A stretch of DNA of 61,727 nucleotides, counting the filler, from an uncultured virus (IMG/VR IMGVR_UViG_2061766007_002345) (lineage: Duplodnaviria > Heunggongvirae > Uroviricota > Caudoviricetes). It is 7 parts of one record of this genome, joined end to end, with 100 filler letters (N's around TTAATTAATTAA, not from the genome) between each part and the next. Parts side by side here need not be neighbours in the genome. Positions count along the whole stretch, not along the records: positions 30,138 to 40,033 come from IMGVR_UViG_2061766007_002345; positions 40,134 to 42,160 come from IMGVR_UViG_2061766007_002345; positions 42,261 to 49,060 come from IMGVR_UViG_2061766007_002345; 4 more parts are not named here. One strand, 5' to 3'. Of the stretch, positions 35,398-47,076 are shown piece after piece. The notes beneath the pieces were generated by a model. It was not told the DNA's origin. It saw nothing but the letters and a program-made list of their open reading frames with translations, and did not search any database. The translations under genes were made by a program, and so were the position numbers. How positions within the stretch are numbered: the first letter of the stretch is position 1; each line of letters begins with the position of its first letter.

Positions 35398-35474
35398 TAA
35401 TTTTTGCAGTAATTAAACCAGAAGCTACTCCTCCAGTTACAATCTTAACAAGGTTCCAAAGTTCTTTCCACATA

Positions 35475-36951
35475 TTATTTATTTTTTAATACTTTTATAA
35501 TATCATCATTCATTTTTTGATCACNNNNNNNNNNNNNNNNNNNNNNNNNNNNNNNNNNNNNACCTTCATCGCAATCTTCATATCCTGATTTCCGTCCAGC
35601 ATTGTATCCATCAATTCCAGCTAATCCCCATATAGTTCTAGCCCAACTTTGTAATGCTTGCGGTACATTATCTTTTGTAAATCCGCAAGTTTCAGCTATA
35701 CANNNNNNNNNNNNNNNNNNNNNNNNNNNNNNNNNNNNNNNNNNNNNNNNNNNNNNNNNNNNNNNNNNNNCCAGATAATCTTCTCCATCAATATCAAAAA
35801 GAATTGATTCAAAATGAATTCTGGTATGATAATTCTTTTCTTTAAAAATCTGAAGAAGTTCAAGAAGAGTATATTTACCATTCTTATAATCAATGATAAG
35901 TTTTGCTTTTTCAGGCATATCAACAACTTCTACGGTAAAATTATATGCATTTTTGAATGTCATAAATCTACGTCTACCGCGAATTTTATCAACGGATTCA
36001 AACTTCATGTATTTATTGAAGTTCTCCCATCTTACGCCTTCAAGTGTCCAATTTGTAGATTGAATTTCTTCAAGTGTCCAAGAGCATCCTCCTGGACGTT
36101 TATTAAGTTTATATATGAAATTATAAGAAAAATAATTATCAGGGTCAACGAAGTCTCCAATTTTAGGAAAATTTGGTCCAAAATTNNNNNNNNNNNNNNN
36201 NNNNNNNNNNNNNNNNNNNNNNNNNNNNNNNNNNNNNNNNNNNNNNNNNNNNNNNNNNNNNNNNNNNNNNNNNNNNNNNNNNNNNNNNNNNNNNNNNNNN
36301 NNNNNNNNNNNNNNNNNNNNNNNNNNNNNNNNNNNNNNNNNNNNNNNNNNNNNNNNNNNNNNNNNNNNNNNNNNNNNNNNNNNNNNNNNNNNNNNNNNNN
36401 NNNNNNNNNNNNNNNNNNNNNNNNNNNNNNNNNNNNNNNNNNNNNNNNNNNNNNNNNNNNNNNNNNNNNNNNNNNNNNNNNNNNNNNNNNNNNNNNNNAG
36501 AATATCCCTAATAGTTACATAAGGCTGCCAAGTATTAATATCAATCTGAAATGTAGAATCTGGATTGGCATTTATAATATCTTGGAGAGTAAGTTTCTTT
36601 CTTACTTTCCAATTATTAGCTCCTTCATATGTATCTTGCCAGTAATAGTCAATCAATTGAATAATATCAATATTACCATACTTTACAAGGGCTTCATTAA
36701 GAAGTCGATTAATTTTAGTTGGACTCATATTAACATTCTTTGCTATTATCAACAGTACAAATTTGTACTAATCTATTATCTTTATCAAAGATAAGTTCTT
36801 TATCAGTTAAAGAAATAGGATCACGATATACATCTTGGATTTCTCCACACATTACATCATATTCCAATTCATTAGTAAAAACTTCAAATTCTCCCGCATT
36901 ATTTTCATCGCGGAATTTAACTAACTTATCAATAAATTCATTCAGCTTCAT
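35475..36951 (-). CDS. Several small hypothetical genes (merged by gaps in ORF track)
   Basis: Open frames separated by N runs. Confidence 0.45.
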
Positions 36952-36975
36952 AATTTTGTTTATTATTTACATCAT

Positions 36976-37015
36976 AATATAGAAATAAAAAAAGGAAATT
37001 CAAATGAATTTCCTT
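36976..37015 (-). promoter_or_regulatory. Fused terminator/promoter (TTGAAT-N15-CTATATT)
   Basis: Hairpin AAGGAAATTCA/TGAATTTCCTT overlapping -35. Confidence 0.65.
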
Positions 37016-37469
37016 AGAAATAAAAATTATGAAATAATAATGAATCATTCCAAACTTTTCCTCCAAAATAAGAACAATATTTCCAATATGAATTGTCTTT
37101 CTTTGAATTATACATTCTTTGCATTATTCCAATTCTATTTTCTTTAGAAATATCATCATCACAAGTAATTACCCACCAAGTTATATCATGATACATACTT
37201 ACATGTTTCCAATATTTTTTGAAATCATTTTTGTATTTATCGGATATTTTATCTATCATTATCTTATGAAGTTTTGATTCTATAGTATTTTCTGCTTCTT
37301 TTAAATCCTTGTAATTATTATATTCATTCAAATATTTTTCAATATCTTTCTTTGAATGAAATATTTTCATAAAATAATGAGGAATATCATATTGCTGATC
37401 TTTCCAAGAAGGATTTTCAGAACTATAATCTTCAATTCTCCAGGTTGGTATAAGAATATAAGTTTTCAT
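37014..37469 (-). CDS. Hypothetical protein
   Basis: 151-aa ORF. Confidence 0.6.
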   Translation of the reverse strand: MKTYILIPTWRIEDYSSENPSWKDQQYDIPHYFMKIFHSKKDIEKYLNEYNNYKDLKEAENTIESKLHKIMIDKISDKYKNDFKKYWKHVSMYHDITWWVITCDDDISKENRIGIMQRMYNSKKDNSYWKYCSYFGGKVWNDSLLFHNFYF

Positions 37470-37560
37470 TAGATATATCTCCTATCAGTTTTACAAAATA
37501 CAGGTTTACAATTATCAATGCCGGCCCACATACAAAAATTACCGAAAAGATCATATGCTT

Positions 37561-38028
37561 TTACTCTNNNNNNNNNNNNNNNNNNNNNNNNNNNNNNNNN
37601 NNNNNNNNNNNACCTTTATGTCTAATAAGTTTAAGCTCTGATAAATTATCATTAGATGATATAGTAATTGTATGATTAGGAAGTGTACTAAGTAAATAAC
37701 TATATTCATCAATATTCTTATTATCACCAATTGCATTAGCAATATATTGTTTGCCGTTAAATTCCCAGTCCTCTACAGTATTATTGAATTGAGAATTAAT
37801 AATCATGCAAGCATTCTTATATGTAATCATCCTATAATTATCATCCTCAATTTCATGTACACGGCGATCCTCACCATCTTTCCATGGTGATAATTTAAGA
37901 TAATGTGTAGGCATTACTTTATAAACAATACCTTCATTATCCTGTATATATTTATCAGATTCGTTACTTTCTTCGATAGGAACCAAATTATAGGAAGTAA
38001 TTTCTGATTTTTTTATTCTAGGTCTCAT
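37561..38028 (-). CDS. Hypothetical protein
   Basis: ORF downstream of promoter at 38052. Confidence 0.6.
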   Translation of the reverse strand: MRPRIKKSEITSYNLVPIEESNESDKYIQDNEGIVYKVMPTHYLKLSPWKDGEDRRVHEIEDDNYRMITYKNACMIINSQFNNTVEDWEFNGKQYIANAIGDNKNIDEYSYLLSTLPNHTITISSNDNLSELKLIRHKGXXXXXXXXXXXXXXXE

Positions 38029-38051
38029 ATTTAATCTTATATTACAATTAT

Positions 38052-38090
38052 AAAATAGAAAAGGATATTGAAGTAATTCAACATCCTTTT
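38052..38090 (-). promoter_or_regulatory. Fused terminator/promoter (TTGAAT-N17-CTATTTT)
   Basis: Hairpin AAAGGATATTGAA/TTCAACATCCTTT overlapping -35. Confidence 0.55.
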
Positions 38091-38401
38091 ATTTAATGAT
38101 ACGCGAAATATTATTTATCTAATCCTATCTGCAAATATCCATGAATCTTTATTTAAATTATCATATATATTAGTAATATAATCAGCTAATGTCATTGATT
38201 CATCTTTTATTTCATCGACATAGTTTTTTACTTCGTCAAAATATTCCTTATATTCTTTTCTAATATTATCATCATATGGCGCTGAAATTTTATCTGATTG
38301 ANNNNNNNNNNACCGGCCATTGTTTTCCCGCTACACTTAAACTAAGATACTTCAGATTTAAATTTTTTACAATTTTTTATACCTAAAATTAATAATAAGC
38401 A

Positions 38402-38638
38402 TTAATCTTCTTCCAAGTCATCATCATGCCATTCTACAAAAACCTTATCATAAAGTAATTCAGAAAATGTAGGATTAAACATTCTGTCATACCAGGTTCT
38501 TTGAGGTTTTTTATGCTCTATTTTTCCTTCACATACATTACCATTCTTATAACCTTTAGTATAACCTCTATTAAGACGTTCTGGATGTTTTTTATTATAT
38601 TCAGTATAATATCCTGGTCTATGCCTGTCTTTCTTCAT
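38402..38638 (-). CDS. Small hypothetical protein
   Basis: 78-aa ORF. Confidence 0.55.
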   Translation of the reverse strand: MKKDRHRPGYYTEYNKKHPERLNRGYTKGYKNGNVCEGKIEHKKPQRTWYDRMFNPTFSELLYDKVFVEWHDDDLEED

Positions 38639-39092
38639 TTTTCTTTAAGTTAAAATACTTTTTATTCGTTAAGTTTACTTAAATAATTAGTCCAATATTT
38701 AAGAACTTTCTTTAAGTATCTCCATTTTTCTTTACACTTTGTCCATTCACCGCTAAGTTCAAGACGATGGATTTCTTTTTCACAGTATTCTATTTTTGCT
38801 TTAGCATTTTCTTTAATACCATTTATATATTCTTCAACAGTAGACCCTACATCATTCCACTTCTTAAGTTCATCCCATTTTTTCTGTTTTTCTTTTTCGG
38901 TCATTGACGCAAGATGTTGTCTAAGCTGTTCTACANNNNNNNNNNNNNNNNNNNNNNNNNNNNNNNNTTTTAATCCTAAGCCTGTTTTACTATTTACAAA
39001 TTTTATAGCTTCTGGTGAAAATTTAATATTTTTAAGAGTTTCAAAATCTTCATATGAAAGTAAATCAATAGGAATATCCTTTNNNNNNNNNN

Positions 39093-39894
39093 ATTTCTGT
39101 ATACCTTTAATATGAATGTCAACGATATCCTTTTTACCTTCTTCAGATTCAAGATATGCAACATCTGTTTTTGTTGTCATAAAGAAGTTTTCAGTAAGAA
39201 CTGCAGGCATACTTGACTTATAAATAATATAGAAGTTCTCTTCATAGTCCTCATCACCATCAGACATATCTTTTCTGATTTTCTTTCCTTTAACATCAAG
39301 TACTTCATGTGCTGCCTGATAAAGACATGCAGCAACAGTATCACTTTCTGTTACGCCCTTACTTGTCCATCCTGACCAACCAGTTGCATTAGACCAACTT
39401 GAACCTGCTGCAGCATTTGCATGTACTGATAAAAGGATAACAGTTTTGCCATTGGCATGTTGTTCTTTATGAATCTTATTAGCTCTAATAACTCTTTCCT
39501 TTAAAGAAATATCATTAGTTTCAGGAACAAGAATACAATAAGGAATACCCATCTTTTCAAGTTCATCAGCAATAAGAGATACAATTACTCTGTTAAACTT
39601 ATATTCTCTAAACTTACCGTCTGGACTTCTTTTTCCAGGAGTATCTTCACCGTGACCATTATCAAGAATTACATATAAATTCTTATAGTAATCAGGGTAT
39701 CTATTTTTAAATTCACCGATTACTACTGCTGCTGGTAATTCACCGCCGAAAGAGATTAATTGAATATTATTTGCAGGATCCTTTATAGTAGGTCTATTTA
39801 TAGTATTTACTTTATTAATCTTTTCTTGTTTTTTCTTTGCACCATTGGTTGAAGTGCTTTCTTTTCTTTTGAATATATTCGTAATCCAACTCAT
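39093..39894 (-). CDS. N-acetylmuramoyl-L-alanine amidase (Amidase_3)
   Basis: ILDNGHG, KRSPDGKFREY, LKERVIRAN, SVHANA, PAVLTENFFM. Confidence 0.9.
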
Positions 39895-40085
39895 TTTCGT
39901 ATGCTTCTTTCTCAAAAGAGATATTTTTGTAAGCTTTTGATGGACCGTTAATAAATAAACGTATTATCCATTCAAATAAATAAATTATATAGAAAAAGAT
40001 TCCGCCAATAAGAATCTGTAATGGTTTACACCANNNNNNNNNNNNNNNNNNNNNNNNNNNNNNNNNNNNNNNNNNNNTTAATTAA

Positions 40086-40848
40086 TTAANNNNNNNNNNN
40101 NNNNNNNNNNNNNNNNNNNNNNNNNNNNNNNNNTATTTCTTTATATGTATAAAGAAAACATCTCCATTTCCAATGTTCATTTACTTTTACAAGTACTCTT
40201 GTATTAAAATACTTAATCTTAGGCCCTTCATTAAAATATGAACGTAAAACATCAATAATATCCATCATATATCTATGATGAATTTCAAGAGTTTCTTCTC
40301 TAAGAGTAGCAGTTAAAGAATTAATATCATGAGATTCAATTACAAGAAGTGCAAGTTCCGGTGATTTAGCAACTCTTGATTCATGCCAATAAAAATACTT
40401 ATCGCTCTTATCAGAAAATGCCCAATACCATATTCTTGAAAATTCCTCCATAAATGATTTACCATTTTTTATAGTAACATCATTTACATAAGGATGATTC
40501 TTTAAAATATCATATATCTTATCTAACTCTAGAATATTTTCTTCCTTTTCGTTCATAGAACTTATCGTAAAATTTCTTATTAGAAAATACAGAATCATAA
40601 TCAGTTACACTTTTATAATGTTGTGCATCTAAAAATGTTTCCATCTGTTTAAGAACTTCTTCTATTTTAGGTGGCTGATAAGGTTCAACAATAGAATCTT
40701 CAAAGATTAAAGCAAATTCATTTTTCTCATCAGTCCAATAACCATAAGGAGAATGTGGATGATAAGTAAATCCTAACTCTTCAAGATCCTTTATAGAACA
40801 TTTACCATTATGTTCTTTTAACCAAGCATTAAATTCGTCTTTAGTCAT
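40086..40848 (-). CDS. Two hypothetical proteins (about 40134-40556 and 40519-40848)
   Basis: ORF track. Confidence 0.55.
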
Positions 40849-40930
40849 TTCTTTTNNNNNNNNNNNNNNNNNNNNNNNNNNNNNNNNTTTTTCTTTTTAG
40901 GTTGTTCTGATACAAAAATATCACCACTTC

Positions 40931-41578
40931 CTACTTCACCATTTTCACCAGGGGCAATTGGTGATCCCAATCCAATTGTTGAGGTCGGGGTCGCAAATCC
41001 TGTTCCTTCCATAATTCACTATAATTTAATTTATTTTCATCTTTCCAAACTACTATATATTCTTTTTCAAAATTTTTANNNNNNNNNNNNNNNNNNNNNN
41101 NNNNNNNNNNNNNNNNNNNNNNNNNNNNNNNNNNNNNNNNNNNNNNNNNNNNNNNNNNNNNNNNNNNNNNNNNNNNNNNNNNNNNATCCTTAACATATTT
41201 ATTATACATTTTATCAAAACATTCCCATGTACAATACATATTAGGAGTTATTTTAAATATTGTAGTATCTCTGTTTTCTTGGTTTTTATTTATAAGCATA
41301 TATTTGAATAAANNNNNNNNNNNNNNNNNNNNNNNNNNNNNNNNNNNNNNNNNNNNNNNNNNNNNNNNNNNNNCTTTAATAGTTTTTACTTTTTTTCTTA
41401 TAAACTGTATATCGGCATATTCATAATTTACATTACAGTTCATATAATAAAATAATGAATCACCGATAGAACATTCACTATGGAAAAATCCTGGTGTAAG
41501 TTCTGGTTTATATATCTCTGTCTTATAGCAAGCAGATATTATAAATACAGATAAAAGTATAAAAATAATTTTTTTCAT
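40931..41578 (-). CDS. Putative lipoprotein (gapped)
   Basis: MKKIIFILLSVFIISA-C lipobox signal. Confidence 0.55.
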   Translation of the reverse strand: MKKIIFILLSVFIISACYKTEIYKPELTPGFFHSECSIGDSLFYYMNCNVNYEYADIQFIRKKVKTIKXXXXXXXXXXXXXXXXXXXXXLFKYMLINKNQENRDTTIFKITPNMYCTWECFDKMYNKYVKDXXXXXXXXXXXXXXXXXXXXXXXXXXXXXXXXXXXXKNFEKEYIVVWKDENKLNYSELWKEQDLRPRPQQLDWDHQLPLVKMVK

Positions 41579-41850
41579 TAGTCTATGCCAAAACGTCTTA
41601 AATCATATAACTTCAAATGATCAATCTCAATATCAATTATTTTTTCAAGCTCATTGATTTCATTGATTTCAGCTTCATGAAGTTTAACAGTATAAACATC
41701 ATCAGAATTTATTATCTGTTCAATTTCATGCTTCTTATCTTCAAAAGCAGCCCTAAGCTTATGAAGCTCATGTACTTCTGCACTTTTATAAACGCAGATA
41801 CATCCAATTATCAATACTGCAATAAATGTAATAATCCAAATCCAATCCAT
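41578..41850 (-). CDS. Small membrane-anchored protein
   Basis: N-terminal TM helix followed by coiled coil. Confidence 0.6.
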   Translation of the reverse strand: MDWIWIITFIAVLIIGCICVYKSAEVHELHKLRAAFEDKKHEIEQIINSDDVYTVKLHEAEINEINELEKIIDIEIDHLKLYDLRRFGID

Positions 41851-42347
41851 AATTTATATAAATTTATTTATGCTTATACGGAGGTGAATATGATTCTCCT
41901 CTCCAACCTTGAGCCCATCCTGCATGAATAGCATCATGAATATATTTCAATTCATAATCAAGATTCTCTTTTGCTTCTTTATATCCTTGAAGTTCCTCTG
42001 GTGTAAGATTATCAACAATTTCTTGTTTAAATTGTTTCTTCTCACTACGAATAAATCCTACAACCTTACCGATAGTCTTATTAATCTTTGTTACATTGAT
42101 TGTAATAACAACATCTTCCTGCTTGGTTTCTTTTTGCTTTTCAGTTTGCTGAGCAAAAGANNNNNNNNNNNNNNNNNNNNNNNNNNNNNNNNNNNNNNNN
42201 NNNNTTAATTAATTAANNNNNNNNNNNNNNNNNNNNNNNNNNNNNNNNNNNNNNNNNNNNAGCAAATCATAAAACTCTTGAGCATTATATGCCTGGTAAA
42301 CACGGTTAATATTCATGTTTACATATTTGTTTGGCTTCCTGTAATCA

Positions 42348-42879
42348 TCAAGAAATATAATTATCTTCTTTGACATTTATAAATTTATTTAATTCTTCTT
42401 GTAAACAGAAATAAATTTCATTATCTATTGTCTTAATTGTAAAATATTTTACTAACTGATCTTCTTCATGCCAATCTATTGTACTAGCAGTATGCTCCCA
42501 TACAGTAAATTTAATTCTTTCAGATAATATATCAGAAATAATTATAATATGATTGATATTTAAATATCCTTTCTTTAGTTTAATGAAATTATCCTGGTTT
42601 AAGTTTTCAATATTATTTTTTGCAAAATATGAAAATTGTACAAAATCAGCCATTCTTTCTTAGTTTTGTATTTAAGTGTTCGGATTTTTTTATCGGTACA
42701 TTCATTACCTGACCAGGTATATATTCAGCAATATAATCATATACTTTAGGACCAGAAGTTTTAATCCAGAATGTAACGCCATTCTTCATAACTACTTTAT
42801 ACCCATAATACCGCTCTCCATTAACAGTCTTATATGTTATATCAGAAACATTCAAAATATATTCCACATCAATATACAT
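42348..42879 (-). CDS. Two small hypothetical proteins (42348-42653, 42646-42879)
   Basis: ORF track. Confidence 0.5.
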
Positions 42880-42880
42880 A

Positions 42881-44107
42881 TCAAATGCACCACGTACTTN
42901 NNNNNNNNNNNNNNNNNNNNNNNNNNNNNNNNNNNNNNNNNNNNNNNNNNNNNNNNNNNNNNNNNNNNNNNNNNNNNNNNNNNNNNNNNNNNNNNNNNNN
43001 NNNNNNNNNNNNNNNNNNNNNNNNNNNNNNNNNNNNNNNNNNNNNNNNNNNNNNNNNNNNNNNNNNNNNNNNNNNNNNNNNNNNNNNNNNNNNNNNNNNN
43101 NNNNNNNNNNNNNNNNNNNNNNNNNNNNNNNNNNNNNNNNNNNNNNNNNNNNNNNNNNNNNNNNNNNNNNNNNNNNNNNNNNNNNNNNNNNNNNNNNNNN
43201 NNNTTAATTCAGTAATTCTTGTATCAAGTGTTTCTAATTCAGCAGTATATTCATCACTATGATCTGCTTTAAATAATTCAATACCCCAATTATCTTTATC
43301 TTCTTTATAAATATTTATTACAATATTTGCATCACTGAACCATGCAAGTATTACATTATCATCAACTACAGGAATTGTACTATATACTGCATATGCTTTA
43401 TTATATACTGATACGGTCCAAGGTGTTTCTTTGATATTTTTAATATTTGGGAATAATGAACCTACATTACCTGCGATAATATCTTTACCTTCATCAATTA
43501 ATGAATCAATACTTGTTGATAATTCTGTTGTATCTCCTTCACAAATCTTTTCAATATAATTTGCATAGAAGTTATCAAAATTATCAGTACTATGTTCTAC
43601 TAAAAATGCTAATTCAAAAGCTTTATAGTTTGCATAATATTCACTATCAAATTGTTTTAATGTACCAGCTGATATTACTTTAACCAAATCAAAGATATTA
43701 TCTTCAAATTCACCAAATGCAATTTTATATAAATTTAATGTACATGAATCTTCTTTTGAATATTCAATATTTAATTTCTTTGCACATTTCTTAATAAAAT
43801 TATAATCATCTGTATCACATGTAACAAATAATAATTTATCTTCAAACATATCTAATAAACTAACTATTTGTTCTTTAGATGGATAACAACCAACAAATGT
43901 TACATTCTTATAAAGTGCTAAATCAAAATTATCATCAAATAAATCTACTGAAAGACAGTCAACAACTTCAGCAACATCTGTTATATTTTCACAAATATAC
44001 TTTATAATACCTGCTCCGAATAATGAATCAAGTGAATACTTATTATAAAATACTAAACACTTATCATTGCTTTCGTTGGTACCTAAAACTCTTGAAACAT
44101 TAGACAT
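42881..44107 (-). CDS. Degenerate DHH-phosphoesterase-like protein
   Basis: VFYNKYSLDSLFGAGII occupies the H..D.DG motif position; the DHH triad is not evident. Confidence 0.35.
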   Translation of the reverse strand: MSNVSRVLGTNESNDKCLVFYNKYSLDSLFGAGIIKYICENITDVAEVVDCLSVDLFDDNFDLALYKNVTFVGCYPSKEQIVSLLDMFEDKLLFVTCDTDDYNFIKKCAKKLNIEYSKEDSCTLNLYKIAFGEFEDNIFDLVKVISAGTLKQFDSEYYANYKAFELAFLVEHSTDNFDNFYANYIEKICEGDTTELSTSIDSLIDEGKDIIAGNVGSLFPNIKNIKETPWTVSVYNKAYAVYSTIPVVDDNVILAWFSDANIVINIYKEDKDNWGIELFKADHSDEYTAELETLDTRITELXXXXXXXXXXXXXXXXXXXXXXXXXXXXXXXXXXXXXXXXXXXXXXXXXXXXXXXXXXXXXXXXXXXXXXXXXXXXXXXXXXXXXXXXXXXXXXXXXXXXXXSTWCI

Positions 44108-44145
44108 ATTTAATTTTGGAATATTTATATATTTAATAATAAACT

Positions 44146-45255
44146 TTACTCCTCCTTATTTAATCCTTTAGTGATATCATCACATAAATCAAAAGCAAGC
44201 CTTATACTTTCACAAATGCTTAAATTTCTATATAAACCTTGTCTCCCGCCAAATATAATATTAGGATAATCTTGCCTTACTAAATCTATATATTTATCTA
44301 ATAATTCTTCTGTGCCCTCATTATTTATACAAAAATGTCCAGTATCATTCTGCTTCCATTTATCAACAGTAATATATGATATATAATTTTTATTACTTTC
44401 GGTTGGAACAATACTTTTATGTTCAATCATTTCTAATAAAGAATTATNNNNNNNNNNNNNNCGCCTATACCTAAAAAATATTGACCTTCATTAGAAAAAT
44501 CTTTTAATTCAAAATTTAATTTTCTCCAAGATAATGGTCCATATATATAATCGCAAAATCTATCAATCGGCCCGGTATAAATAACATAATCAGCAAGACT
44601 TAAAAACTTATTTTTTGTTTTTAAAAAATCCTTATTTAAAAGAATATCAATATCATCACCAATAATATTTTCAATAAGTTTTGTATATCCNNNNNNNNNN
44701 NNNNNNNNNNNNNNNNNAATAACCGTTACTATAATCTAATTTCTTTTCTAAATCCCTGCTTACCGCTAATGAAAGGTTCTTTCCTTCTTCTCCATAAAGT
44801 TTTTCATAATATCCTTTCATTGTAAGCATATATGCTTTAAATCCAGCTTTATATATAGCATCTTCTTCANNNNNNNNNNNNNNNNNNNNNNNNNNNNNNN
44901 NNNNNNNNNNNATATTATCTACATCTTTAGGATATACCTTATTATATACTTCACTGAACAGATTCATATTAAGAGGAAATGAATAATATCTGTTTTGATT
45001 TAAACATTTAATATATTTATTAACAGTATTAATCTTTCCATATTTATTTAAAAATTCCCAAATATCAGAATCATCAGTATATAATATATGTTCTCCNNNN
45101 NNNNNNNNNNNNNNNNNNNNNNNNNNNNNNNNNNNNNNNNNNNNNNNNNNNNNNNNNNNNNNNNNNNNNNNNNNNNNNNNNNNNNNNNNNNNNNNNNNNN
45201 NNNNNNNNNNNNNNNNNNNNNNNNNNNNNNNNNNNNNNNNNNNNNNNNNNNNCAT
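44146..45255 (-). CDS. glf: Divergent UDP-galactopyranose mutase-like flavoprotein (gapped)
   Basis: GEHILYTD, YYSFPLNMN, YTGPIDRFCDYIYGPLSWRKLNF, IEHK, IIFGGRQGLY collinear with Glf. Confidence 0.75.
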
Positions 45256-45293
45256 CAGTCTATGTCTTTTAAATAAAAATATAAAATATAATA

Positions 45294-45668
45294 TTAAACA
45301 TAGTGTGTTGTTTCATATCTACCGGTATTTAAACAACAATTTTTATACTTTTTAGGTTTNNNNNNNNNNNNNNNNNNNNNNNNNNNNNNNNNNNNNNNNN
45401 NNNNNNNNNNNNNNNNNNNNNNNNNNNNNNNNNNNNNAGGACGGGTCTTTCTAAAATAACCCATTCTCTTCATTGCTTCAAGAGTATCACCAGTAATTGC
45501 CCCTTCTGCAGTAGCTTTTTCATTTTCATTTGATTCTGCAACTGCTTCTTCAAGTTTTTCAACACGGTCTCTATATTCTTCACCTACTTGAGACATTGCT
45601 CCCATAATAGTATCAGCACCAAGCGCATTTACTTTATCTTTTAAACTGTCTAATCTACTTTCCTGCAT
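45294..45668 (-). CDS. Protein with C-terminal SEC-C-like motif
   Basis: KKYKNCC; preceding part masked. Confidence 0.6.
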   Translation of the reverse strand: MQESRLDSLKDKVNALGADTIMGAMSQVGEEYRDRVEKLEEAVAESNENEKATAEGAITGDTLEAMKRMGYFRKTRPXXXXXXXXXXXXXXXXXXXXXXXXXXKPKKYKNCCLNTGRYETTHYV

Positions 45669-45669
45669 A

Positions 45670-45837
45670 TTAATTCACACATGTTATATAGTTATAAATC
45701 TTATCAGCTAATGTAAAAACATCACTCTTTTTATCATCTACTTTCAATATAGATATACCAGAAGATTCATCTCTTAAAAAATCAACAGCAAGTTCAAGAG
45801 CATGAAGTCTTATTTCATTTACGCCATCAATTGTCAT
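45670..45837 (-). CDS. Small hypothetical protein (55 aa, MTIDGVNEIRLHALELAV...)
   Basis: Manual translation; fills intergenic space exactly. Confidence 0.6.
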   Translation of the reverse strand: MTIDGVNEIRLHALELAVDFLRDESSGISILKVDDKKSDVFTLADKIYNYITCVN

Positions 45838-45866
45838 ATAATTATTTTATATATTTATTTAGAAAT

Positions 45867-46979
45867 CTAGAGAGATTTCACTNNNNNNNNNNNNNNNNNN
45901 NNATCCTCATCGCTATCAGGACCACCTACAGGTGTTTCCTCAGCTTCCTCTACTGTTGCAGTAGAAGTTTCTTCCTTTGCTCCTTCAGGAACTGCTGCAC
46001 TTGAAGCAGGGTCATTACCTGAAAGTACGATATCAATCCAATGCTGTACTCTCTTTGCAAGAGCATCAGGCCAAGGTTTAAATCCAAGCTCCTCATTAAG
46101 ATCAGGGCAGAAAGACTTAATTTCATTAAGAACATTCTTATAAATCTTACGAAGCTCAGCTGTATTAGGATCAGCATTTACCTTTTCAAGAAGCTTTGCT
46201 CTCTTTGCGGGATCCTCTTCATCCCAAACATCTTCCATTGCATCAGTATACTTCTCAAGTACAGCTTCCTCATCAGGAGTAAGAAGTGAACTACCATCAG
46301 GATTTGTACAAGGAACTGGATGCTTTGTAAATTCACCACTATAAGAAATCTCACGGGTCTTTCTCATAGGATTTGCCTTATCATCAGGTCCAGGATGAAC
46401 TTCAAGTTTAATAGCATAACCGAAAAGTAAATCCATTACAGGAACAGGGCAATTGCCTGACTCAGCTGAAGGATGCTGCTTCTTTTCAATCATCTCCCAA
46501 ATACTCTTAGGAAGCTTCCAGAACATATACTTACCCTGGAGCTCAGGATGATTCTTATCCTCAATAACCTGAATAGTAACATAACGGGCAAATCTCTTAT
46601 CGAAAAGTGCCTTGCCACCATCTTCCTTCTTAGCCTGCTGCTTCCAAAGGATTGAACCTTCATCAGCATAACGACACTTCTTCCAAGCAGTGAAAATAGG
46701 GCAGCTCTTATCATCAATCATAAGACTTGAATCTGCACTGAAGAAACCATTTTCATCTTGCATTGCATAAGACTGAACTTCGAGAATAGAATCCTTAAAA
46801 TTCTGAGGGGAATAAATTACCTTAATTTTTGCGTAATAAACACCGTCGTCTGACTTTGTTTCTGAAGGTTTTGCTACATAAATATTTTTATTTACATTGC
46901 TAGATTGTCCACCTTCATTTGTAGAGAATACACTCAATTGACTGGGATCAAAGCCCAAAATATCTAATTCTTCTGACAT
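45867..46979 (-). CDS. Single-stranded DNA-binding protein, T4 gp32-like
   Basis: SCPI, YVTIQVIEDKNHPELQGKYMFWKLPKSIWEMI, acidic C-tail. Confidence 0.75.
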   Translation of the reverse strand: MSEELDILGFDPSQLSVFSTNEGGQSSNVNKNIYVAKPSETKSDDGVYYAKIKVIYSPQNFKDSILEVQSYAMQDENGFFSADSSLMIDDKSCPIFTAWKKCRYADEGSILWKQQAKKEDGGKALFDKRFARYVTIQVIEDKNHPELQGKYMFWKLPKSIWEMIEKKQHPSAESGNCPVPVMDLLFGYAIKLEVHPGPDDKANPMRKTREISYSGEFTKHPVPCTNPDGSSLLTPDEEAVLEKYTDAMEDVWDEEDPAKRAKLLEKVNADPNTAELRKIYKNVLNEIKSFCPDLNEELGFKPWPDALAKRVQHWIDIVLSGNDPASSAAVPEGAKEETSTATVEEAEETPVGGPDSDEDXXXXXXXVKSL

Positions 46980-47076
46980 AAAAAATGTAAAAATATTTTT
47001 AAGAAAATGTTATATAATTGCAACCTTTACAGGTCGGAATAACATTTATATTATAATATAGAAAATCTATAATTCC

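Noticed and set aside
38662..39915. Amidase fused to a long C-terminal domain
   Set aside because: Fusion spans two N gaps; more likely separate downstream genes.
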